A DNA stretch of 64,000 nt from Marsupella aquatica (lineage: Eukaryota; Plantae; Marchantiophyta): positions 10,382,286 through 10,446,285 of the forward strand of contig OZ316898.1 in the NCBI GenBank assembly GCA_973895155.1, read 5' to 3'. The number at the start of each line of letters is the position of its first letter. Within the stretch, counting starts at the first letter, position 1. Shown here one piece after another: positions 53,013 through 62,233 of this stretch. Under the pieces are notes generated by a model. The model did not search any database. It was not told the origin of the DNA and was given only the letters and a program-made list of their open reading frames with translations. A program made the translations under genes and the position numbers.

Positions 53013-55126
53013 ATGGATTCCAGTGGAGCAAATGGAGGTGATGGGGCAGGGGTGAGTGACAGTGGCAATGGGAATGAAGGCAATGGGGAGCAGGAGAGGA
53101 ATCGATGGACCAATTTGATGGCTAAGCACCTCAATGCAGCACAGTTGAGCCGCTTAGATTTGACTACACCAGCAGGGATTGCTTCTTTGAGTGCAATCCT
53201 AGGGCAAGCCTTGCAAACGGGAGTAGTTGCAGGGAACATTGCAAGGGAGGAGGAGCAAAGGAGTGCAGCTCAATAGAAGGCAAGAGAGAAGAAGCGTAAG
53301 GAGGAGAGGGCCAAGGCAGGAGTAGTCTCACCTGTTGCCCTAGAAAAGAAGAGGAGGAGAGAGGAACGAGATGAGATAAGAGCACAGCGGGAGGAGCAAC
53401 AAAAGAAGGAGGAAGAGAGGAAGAAGCTGCCTATGATTGCCTTGATCGAAGGCATTCCTACTGAACTGGCCTACACCGGGGCAAAGAGCACTATCAGGCT
53501 TATGGTGCGCTCCAATTTTGCACAAGGAGTTGAGTGGGGGAAACTCAACAAGGCAGACTAGAGGAAAGTAATGAGTCAAATCAAAGATTCATTTCGAAAT
53601 GGAGCAGAGATTGATGAACAGTGGCTTGCAGATAGAATTTCCAATTCAATGTCTCAAGCACGGTACCATGATAGGAAGAAGGTAAGGGCCTACCTGGCAA
53701 ACTTGGAGGAGTACAAAAACGTGAGGAGGCCACTGCAATTCACTGAGGACGTGTGGAATGCCTTTTACAAAGTGGAGGTGCAGATGAGAGCTGCCAGGAA
53801 CCTTCTCTTCTGGAAGGAGATGGAAGCCAAGGCACAGAAGGCCGGGAAGTCCGACCGAGACCTCAAGGCAATGGCTGAGAAGGTGTCTCACATGCAGCAC
53901 ATTGTGGATGAAGTGGGGGCACCACCCCAAAAATTCATCCTTGCAGCTGAGCGAGTCAGCAAACGGCCCAAGACCACGCACAAGATGGGCCAAGGTGGAC
54001 TTCCCGGCCTCAAAGCACACTTTGTGAGTGGGCCCTCTCCTCCCCTGCTTCTGCTTCCTTGCTTTCAATTGCTATCCAAACCTGCAATGCCCCCCTGCAT
54101 ACCTCTTCTTTCTTTCTTACGGCCTGCCTTGTACTTTAGGTCACCCTGACACATTGCGTGCCTTAGAGATTTCTCAGAATTTTTTAAAAACAGAGTTTGC
54201 GAAGCTTTTGCGATGCGGGTTGCTTTGCAAATGTTTCGCAAAGTCTATCATGGCAATTTTTTAAGTTGTAGATGCAAAGCTATTGCGAACTAACCCGCTT
54301 CGCAAACTACTTCGCAAACAGCCAATTTATTTGAATTTGCAAAGCGGGGAGTTTCGCAAGTTTGTATTATGTTTAAAAAATACCGCTAAGTGTTATTGAG
54401 TTCAGTTTTGTGTTAGGGAGCACCCTATTAGCACCTCCATGCATTTTTCTTGGGTTTATGGCATATTAACCCCGATCGATTTTGGTTTTGGAATGTTTGG
54501 TTGTGGTAGTATAATGTTGAGCATAGACGACGATCGCAACGGCAAGCCCATGAACCATCCAACGCACAATAGTCGACACAAGAGATACGTGGTTCACCTC
54601 CTTGAGGCTACGTCCACGGGAACACACAAGAGAGCTTTACTGAACTCTAAGCCCGTCGGCTATACCGAGTCTCCACAGTGTAAGCTCTCCCTATCTCTCA
54701 AGTGGCTCCATAACAATGAGCCTTGGTTCTACCTCTCCAAGCACACATGCCTCTTATGATATAGTGTGCAACTGAGTTGTACCTAACCACATAGTTGTAC
54801 CTAATCACGTAGTTGTACCTAATCACATAGTTGTACCTAATCACGTAGTTGTACCTAACCACGTAGTTGTACCAACCCACGTTGTTGTACCAACCACGTC
54901 ATACCTAACCTAGACGTAAGAGTAAATACCCAACAATCTTCCCCTTGACTCTGGTCTAGGGGAGAGTAATACTGCCAATGTATATGATCCCTCAACGGGA
55001 AGTTCTGGACAGAAACCAAACCGGTTTCCCTCTCTAACTAGAGCAAACCAGAACTAAGCCGTAGCCTAATACATAGGAATGAGGAAGAGCATATATCAGT
55101 AATTACAATGAATGTTTAAGAAAACT

Positions 55127-58100
55127 CTACTTGTGATGCAATTGCAAAACCTGCAATACGTCACGGTGTCTAGAGAAACTCTCCAAAGGAATCACTTTGG
55201 TAAATGCGTCAGCCGGGTTGAGTTTACCATCAATCTTGACTAGCTCAAACAAATTATCAGACACAGCCTGCCTGATAAAATGGTACCTGACGTCAATGTG
55301 CTTCACTCTGCTGTCCATCACCTGGTTCACAGCAAGGTGGAGCGCACTTTGACTATCACAATGGAGCTTCACATTCCCCTGTGGCAATCCCATTTCAGTG
55401 ATAAGTCTATCCAACCAAATCGCTTCCTTTGCTGCTTCCGCAGCTGCAACATACTCCGCTTCTGTAGTAGACTGAGCAATACACTTCTGCAAAGTAGACC
55501 TCCAACTTATGCATCCACCGCCAAGTGTGAACACGTATCCTGTTGTTGATCTCCTTCGGTCCAAATCTTGTCCATAGTCAGAATCTACATAGCCAATCAA
55601 TGATCTAGCATTCTTTGCATTCGCATCAAATAAAAGACCATGATCCACGGTACCCTTCAAGTACCTGATAATCCACTTCACTGCTTCCCAGTGTACCTTC
55701 CCTGGATTCGACATGTACCTGCTCACCTTGCCCATAGCCATGGCAAGATCAGGTCTAGTGCAAGTCATCAAATACATGAGACTCCCCACTGCCTTGTCAT
55801 ATGGAACCTTTGACATCAACCCCTTCTCTGTGTCATCCGTAGGACAGAACGCTGATGATAACTTGAAGTGTGGAGCCAACGGGGTACTTACTGGCTTGCT
55901 ATTCTCCATGTTGAACCTTGCAATTACCTTCCTCGCATAACTGCTCTGCGTCAACCATAGCTTGCCAGCCTCCAAGTCCCTAGTGATCTCCATACCCAAA
56001 ATCCTCTTAGCTGGCCCTAAGTCCTTCATCTTAAACTCTGCACTAAGCAGTGCCTTGAGCTTAACAATCTCAGACCTATCCTTGGCTGCAATTAGCATGT
56101 CATCCACATAAAGTACTAAAACAATGAACCCAAAGACAACATTCTTCACCGGTTTCAAATACACACAAGGGTCAAATACACTTCTGTGAAAACCTTGTGA
56201 CCGAATCCAATCGTCAAACCGCTTGTTCCACTGTCTTGGTGACTGCTTCAACCCATACAAGGATTTCAGCAATCTGCAAACCAATTCCTCCTGTCCTCTC
56301 TTCACAAAACCTAGCGGTTGTCTCATGAAGATCACCTCTTCCAATGTGCCATAGAGGAAAGCTGTGACAACATCCATCTGATCTAGGAGCAGACCAAACA
56401 TTACAACAAGTACACACAATAGTCGTATTGTAGAGTACTTAGCAACTGGTGAGAAGACCTCATTGTAATCCACACCTTTCTCTTGTGTGAATCCCTTTGC
56501 TACCAATCTAGCCTTGTAGACCTTCGATCCACCTCCTATGGAATTATCCTTCAGCTTGTAAATCCACTTGCTGTCCACCACTTGCTGACCCTTAGGCAGC
56601 TTAACAAGCTCCCAAGTTTTGTTGTCCTTTAGTGACTGCATCTCCGTTTGCATTGCTGCAGTCCACTTCTGCTTCTCTTTTGAAGCACTTGCCTCATGAA
56701 ATGAAGAAGGTTCTCCTTCTTCCAAAATTAACGCATCACCCTCATCATCAGCTGTAAAATCATCCTCTTGCAGTTGAGATGAATCAACCCACTGTCCATA
56801 CCTTGATGGAGCGCGTACAGTGCGACCAGATGTTCTTCTAGCCGATGACTCCGGTTGATCTGCGTGTGCTGGTACAATTTGAAGCTCAACAGCATCCACT
56901 TGTTGCTCACCAGCATCAACAAACTCCTCTAGTTCCTCTGGCACAGGAACCAGCTCCATAATTGGAGCAACTCCTTCTCTCCGGTCATGCACCTCATAAC
57001 CAATCTCCCCCTCAACGAGATCCGGGATAGGAGATTTTCCTTTGTCAGTACGGGAGACCTGAGTATTCTCCCCCTCCTTCAATAATCTGGATTCATTGAA
57101 GGAAACATCCCTACTGACAACGAGCTTACAGGCAATAGGATCCCATAGCCTATAGGCTTTCACACCACTCTGGTACCCAAGAAAAATACATTTCCTGGAG
57201 GTAGGATCCAACTTGGTCCTATTCTGCTTTGGTGTGAGAGCATATGCATCACTTCCAAAAATTACCAAGCCATGATAGTCTGCTTGCCGCTTATAGCGCA
57301 TCTCAAACGGCGTTTTGAAATTGATAGCACTAGAAGGAGAAAGATTTACCAAATAAGCTGCGGTATTGACAGCTTCTGCCCAAAATTCTTGTGGTAAACC
57401 TGATTGGCTCAACATACTCCGTGACCGCTCCAACAGTGTCCGATTGAGCCTCTCAGCGACACCATTCTGCTGCGGAGTATAAACTGTGGTGAGATGACGA
57501 GTTATCCCCTGTTCTGAACAGTACTCTTCAAATTCCATTGAAGTGTACTCCCCGCCGTTGTCTGACCTCAGACTCTTCACCCTTGTATCCAAACACTTGA
57601 TCGTGTTTCCAGTCTGATTCTCCACCTGGGCCTTCCACTTCTTAAAAATGGACAAGACATCAGACTTATGCATCATGAAATAAATCCACACAAATCTTGA
57701 GTAATCATCAATAAATGATACATAGTACAACTTTCCAGAGTGTGAGGGAGTCGGGGATGGACCCCACACGTCACTATGTATGTACTCAAGAACCGCTTTG
57801 GAACGATGAGTTCCAACACCAAAAGCACGACGATGCTGCTTTCCAAGAATGCAATGCTCACAAAACTCTAATTTACAAGATTGCAAATCAGAAATGAGTC
57901 CATTCTTCCGTAAGATAGCCAAACCCTTCTCACTCATGTGGCCTAGCCGTGAATGCCACAGTTGAGTCATCTCCTCGTGAGACTTGGTTACATTGGCCTC
58001 TCCACATACAGTATTACCCTGTAACACATACAAATTCTTTTGTCTACTCCCCTTCAAAATCACTGTCTCTCCCGACCTGACTTGAAGTTCACCATCAATA

Positions 58101-58399
58101 ACGCTCCATTGATGACCATTTGAATCCAACACACCGAGTGAAATCAGATTCTTACGCATGCCAGGTACATACCTGACTCCGGACACTATGCGCACAGCGC
58201 CATCAAACATTTGAATCTTCACAGACCCAATTCCCTCAATTTGACAGGAGTGATCATTTCCCATCAGAACTGAACCGTTTGAAACAGAGTAAGAACTGAA
58301 AAACTCACGAATGTAACAAATATGAAAAGAGCAAGCACAATCAAGAATCCACACATCATCTGCTCTCCTAGATGACGTGCACAGGGCATACCCCCGGCT
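55127..58399 (-). CDS. pol: Copia Pol (protease, GAG-pre-integrase, integrase, RT, RNase H)
   Basis: WILDCACSFH, LWHSRLGH, CEHC, HSDVWGP, RSDNGGEY, QQNGVAER, KARLVAKG, YVDDML, DSDYG, CDSQSA, KHIDVRYHF. In frame with gag across one TGA. Confidence 0.95.
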   Translation of the reverse strand, partial: SRGYALCTSSRRADDVWILDCACSFHICYIREFFSSYSVSNGSVLMGNDHSCQIEGIGSVKIQMFDGAVRIVSGVRYVPGMRKNLISLGVLDSNGHQWSVIDGELQVRSGETVILKGSRQKNLYVLQGNTVCGEANVTKSHEEMTQLWHSRLGHMSEKGLAILRKNGLISDLQSCKLEFCEHCILGKQHRRAFGVGTHRSKAVLEYIHSDVWGPSPTPSHSGKLYYVSFIDDYSRFVWIYFMMHKSDVLSIFKKWKAQVENQTGNTIKCLDTRVKSLRSDNGGEYTSMEFEEYCSEQGITRHLTTVYTPQQNGVAERLNRTLLERSRSMLSQSGLPQEFWAEAVNTAAYLVNLSPSSAINFKTPFEMRYKRQADYHGLVIFGSDAYALTPKQNRTKLDPTSRKCIFLGYQSGVKAYRLWDPIACKLVVSRDVSFNESRLLKEGENTQVSRTDKGKSPIPDLVEGEIGYEVHDRREGVAPIMELVPVPEELEEFVDAGEQQVDAVELQIVPAHADQPESSARRTSGRTVRAPSRYGQWVDSSQLQEDDFTADDEGDALILEEGEPSSFHEASASKEKQKWTAAMQTEMQSLKDNKTWELVKLPKGQQVVDSKWIYKLKDNSIGGGSKVYKARLVAKGFTQEKGVDYNEVFSPVAKYSTIRLLCVLVVMFGLLLDQMDVVTAFLYGTLEEVIFMRQPLGFVKRGQEELVCRLLKSLYGLKQSPRQWNKRFDDWIRSQGFHRSVFDPCVYLKPVKNVVFGFIVLVLYVDDMLIAAKDRSEIVKLKALLSAEFKMKDLGPAKRILGMEITRDLEAGKLWLTQSSYARKVIARFNMENSKPVSTPLAPHFKLSSAFCPTDDTEKGLMSKVPYDKAVGSLMYLMTCTRPDLAMAMGKVSRYMSNPGKVHWEAVKWIIRYLKGTVDHGLLFDANAKNARSLIGYVDSDYGQDLDRRRSTTGYVFTLGGGCISWRSTLQKCIAQSTTEAEYVAAAEAAKEAIWLDRLITEMGLPQGNVKLHCDSQSALHLAVNQVMDSRVKHIDVRYHFIRQAVSDNLFELVKIDGKLNPADAFTKVIPLESFSRHRDVLQVLQLHHK

Positions 58400-59434
58400 T
58401 CATAAAACATACTCATCATTGAGTAAATCAGCTTCTCCATCAGCCCTAGCCACATTTGCCGATGAAGTTTCCGCTGCCTTTCCCTTACAGTCTCGCTTGA
58501 AGTGTCCAACTTGGTTGCACTTCCAACATGTCACCTGCCTCCTCTGAGGGGATTTACCCTTGGACTTAGATCTGGATTTAGATCTAAACTGGGTTCTACG
58601 GTCCCCAGTTGGTCGCTGCATACTCCTCCCACGGTTAACATTGAGGGCAGCACCAGATGATGAAGGCTGTGACGTGATGTGCATCTTCTGCTGAAGATCA
58701 TCAGTAAGCAGAGAACTTACCACGTCATTGTATGAAATGGTATCCCTATCACGATGCAACAACACTCGTGATAGGGACTGGTAAGATGGAGGCAATGAAC
58801 TAAGAAGCTGCAGAGCCTTCGTCTCATCATTCAAAGTCTCCCCAAGGTTTTCCAAGTCAACGACCATGTCGTTGAAAGCATCCACATGGTCTTGCAACTT
58901 CGTACCAGATTCCTTCATCCTGAAACTCATCAGTTTGTAGGAAGTGTAGAGCCGGTTCGACAACTCCTTGCGGTGATACTTGCTCTGCAATTCCGCAAAC
59001 AAGGACATGCAATCCTTATGTGCACCTAACTGCTTGATGATGGGAGGCATGAGATAGAGTGTAACACACCACACTCCCTGCTCCTGCATGCGGTCCCATT
59101 GTTTCTCATCAACATCGTCTTCACGAGGGCTCAGCAGTTGGCCCATCCCTGACGCATAAAGCACTCCCTTCACCTGCTTCTCCCATAGCAAGTAGTCAGA
59201 GCGCCCATCATACTTTGTCACTTCATACTTGGGTCCCCCAAGCTTGAAAGTCCCCATCTTCTTCTTTACCGTGAGCTCCGGTAGTAGTACTGCTTCCTCC
59301 ACCACACGCCGCACCGGTGATGGTATCGGTGTCACGTGCTCTTCCTCCTGCTCCTCTCTCTGCCCCTGAAACCTCCGCGGTGATCCTCGTGCTTCAAGTT
59401 CCACGTCTTCGAAAAACTCCTCCGAATCACTCAT
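58400..59434 (-). CDS. gag: Copia Gag (UBN2-type) with CCHC zinc knuckle, 344 aa
   Basis: KYDGRSDYLLW, LLSSLPPSY, CWKCNQVGHFKRDC. Confidence 0.95.
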   Translation of the reverse strand: MSDSEEFFEDVELEARGSPRRFQGQREEQEEEHVTPIPSPVRRVVEEAVLLPELTVKKKMGTFKLGGPKYEVTKYDGRSDYLLWEKQVKGVLYASGMGQLLSPREDDVDEKQWDRMQEQGVWCVTLYLMPPIIKQLGAHKDCMSLFAELQSKYHRKELSNRLYTSYKLMSFRMKESGTKLQDHVDAFNDMVVDLENLGETLNDETKALQLLSSLPPSYQSLSRVLLHRDRDTISYNDVVSSLLTDDLQQKMHITSQPSSSGAALNVNRGRSMQRPTGDRRTQFRSKSRSKSKGKSPQRRQVTCWKCNQVGHFKRDCKGKAAETSSANVARADGEADLLNDEYVL

Positions 59435-62233
59435 ATGAGAAAGTCACAAAAAATGTTGTTTTTCACAACTTCTCAAAAAACTCGAAACTCAACACCGCCG
59501 CGTAGCCCACAAAGCTAGGAGTCCAATACTGAAAACCAAAATCAAAATCGAAATTTGACAGAAAAGTTATTCAAATTTCGGTCGAGGTGGGTAAAACCTT
59601 GGGAAACTCCCCCGTTTTGACCACCTCAGGGAATAACCGAAATACCAAGTACAACCCGTTGTCGGAATTGCGATGTGATTGGTGCGCTGCATTGCCAACT
59701 TCAATGGCTACGACCTCGCCGAAAAATAACCAAAAAAGTTACCGTTCGGCGGATGAAATCTTTGTCGGACGGTCAAAAAATAGCTCTCTGGTTTTTTGGA
59801 ATATTCTATGACCCTTGTACAGGCCCTGTGGGAATTTTGGAAGAACAATCGAGGGGCTGACATGTGTCCTCGAACCCCCAAAACCCCCTACCACCCTTTG
59901 TCGTCGAAATCTGGTCGCGCGCGCAGAAAATACACACGGCAGAATGTACCCCTCGACACCAAACGCAAGATATCTCACTCGGGTTTTGACTAAATCAAGA
60001 TCCGATTTCAGATTTGGAAACTAGACTCCGAGGCGATGAAGATCGATATAAGAAGCACCCAAAACAAGGAAAGAACGAGGGAGAAAAAAATTGGTAAAGA
60101 TGACAGATTTCTCTCAATTGCCATAGCCAATTTCGAATCAGTTTTTCAAAGAGAAAAAAATGGTACCTTGTCAACAACGAATGTTGATCAATTGCACTTG
60201 GTGCCGTCACCAAGTCCAACAAGGTAATTGATTTTGCTTAGCCTTCCTCTTTGCATCAAAGAGCCAATCCCGGACTCAAAAACAATCGTCTTGCCTCAAT
60301 CTCTCCGTTGAGTCAAAACACTTGACGCTTCTCCCTCCGAGTCGATTGCCAACTTTCTTCACAAAATCCAGAACGACGAAAACTTAGATCTCTCTGCACC
60401 ACGAGCTCCGTTCAACGATTTCTTCACACCGTTAGAAAGCTCTTGCCCTGATCTATCCGTTGAGCCCATAAACTCCAAGTTCCATGCGATGGAACTCTGG
60501 AAAATCCACCAACACTCAACGCTGGAAAAACCGTCATGAAATCCCGTCACGAACACACGTCACCTCCCAAGCATGCTCTGATACCAATTGTTGAGCATAG
60601 ACGACGATCGCAACGGCAAGCCCATGAACCATCCAACGCACAATAGTCGACACAAGAGATACGTGGTTCACCTCCTTGAGGCTACGTCCACGGGAACACA
60701 CAAGAGAGCTTTACTGAACTCTAAGCCCGTCGGCTATACCGAGTCTCCACAGTGTAAGCTCTCCCTATCTCTCAAGTGGCTCCATAACAATGAGCCTTGG
60801 TTCTACCTCTCCAAGCACACATGCCTCTTATGATATAGTGTGCAACTGAGTTGTACCTAACCACATAGTTGTACCTAATCACGTAGTTGTACCTAATCAC
60901 ATAGTTGTACCTAACCACGTAGTTGTACCAACCCACGTTGTTGTACCAACCACGTCATACCTAACCTAGACGTAAGAGTAAATACCCAACATATAAGAGG
61001 TACCGCAGGAAGATAACAGCAAAAGAGATGGAGATAGGAGCTGCGCATGGAGCCAAACATCTCTTTGACTTGGTTGATGCAGAGTTGGCGACTGTAAGTG
61101 CATGTATCCCCTTCAGTTTTTCCCACCCAATCCACTATCTTTTCATTCTGTAAACCTAAACCAATTTGGTGTTGTGCTGTGCAAACAGGATGATGAGGAT
61201 GCCAGTGATACCAGCAGCACCGATGAGAACAATGAGGGGACCACAACAAAGGGGCCCAAGGTAGGAGGGAGTAGTGGATCTGGACCAGTAGGAGGAGTTT
61301 CCCAAAAGGAGGGAGAGGAAGAGGATGAGGAGGAGGACAAGGAGGAACCAGATGTGGAGGAGCAGCCAGCACCACCTCCTGTGCCACGTCCGGATCGTCG
61401 CAAGAGGGACAAGGGGAAGAGGTCGGTGACAAGGAGTAGGAGGACCCCATTCTAGAGCTTGGTGGTGTAGTGCCCATGGGATGCCCATTTACTTAGTGTA
61501 GTATATAGTTTTGATATGGGTAGTCTTATAGGGACCTAGCTTGTCATATGACACCCATCTAGGGTTTAGGGTTTAGGAAACCCTAATTTTTGTGTACCTA
61601 CCAATTTTCTATAAAGCAATTTTGATTCAGACCTCATTCTCCGTGTTGGACAACAAGACCCCAACCATAATTCAAAACTCTAAACCCTAGCCTCAAGACA
61701 GCTTGCGAAACCTATGCAAACAACCCAAATTGCATATTTACCATTTATGCGAACCACATAAGTTCACACAAATGCAAAGCGGTCTTCATGGCATAACTAC
61801 CATTCATTTAATATCGCAAACATATTACCAAACTCCTAGAATCGCAAATATGGAACTGCTTGATTATTATCGCAAGCCTAGCGCGACGCACACAGAATTG
61901 CTTAAATGTGAGTCCTTTGCAAATCTATGCGTGTTGCAATGTGCGAAGGCGTTGCGAAGGTCTTGCGAAAGACCGGATGCAAACCTTTGGGCTTCACAAT
62001 TTGCGATTCTATTGCGATGCACGATACTTCGCAAAGCCGAGTTTTGTTTTTCGATTTCCTTTGTTGTTTGCGATGCTTTCAAGTTTGCAAACGGTGTTGG
62101 TAGTGTTGTAGTGAATGTGAAGATAGTGGATATACTAGGGACTGAGGCCACAATTAAAATTATAATTACAAATCCCCCAGGACACTCCAAACAAATGAAC
62201 AAAAAACAACAAATTGACAAAAAGTATGCAACA

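Larger units (their letters stand above)
54515..60991 (-). mobile_element. Full-length, very young Ty1/copia LTR retrotransposon
   Basis: LTRs 60589-60991 (5', 403 bp) and 54515-54935 (3', 421 bp), both TG..CA. TSD TATAA. PBS TGGTATCAGAGC (tRNA-iMet) at 60586-60575; PPT AAGGGGAAGAT next to the 3' LTR. Domain order gag-PR-IN-RT-RH. Confidence 0.98.
53013..61455 (+). pseudogene. CACTA TnpA/PTTA-like (Transposase_24-like) gene, 3 exons, disrupted
   Basis: Exon 1 53013-54023 (two in-frame TAG stops; RPLQFTEDVWNAF, THKMGQGG; ends TTT|GTGAGT). Exon 2 60992-61093 has its acceptor at 54509, cut off by the copia insertion. Exon 3 61189-61455 encodes an acidic/basic tail. All junctions are phase 0. 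Confidence 0.7.
44607..62113. mobile_element. Complete CACTA (En/Spm) DNA transposon, about 9.07 kb after removing two nested LTR insertions
   Basis: TIRs CACTACAACA (44607) and TGTTGTAGTG (ends 62113); 3-bp TSD AAT (44604-44606, 62114-62116); TTTGCGA/TCGCAAA subterminal arrays at both ends; Transposase_21 coding sequence inside. Confidence 0.95.

Noticed and set aside
54439-54759. Identical short ORFs at 54439-54759 and 60588-60833
   Set aside because: They are simply the two LTR copies read antisense.
58330-58354. Protease motif DCA instead of DSG/DSA, and a 7-aa insert before RSDNGGEY in integrase
   Set aside because: The catalytic Asp residues are retained. These are likely family-level variants and not evidence of a new function.
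61561-61577. TTTAGGG telomere-like repeats (also near 52390)
   Set aside because: Only 2-3 units. Such telobox-like motifs are common in plant TEs and promoters, and this is not a telomere.
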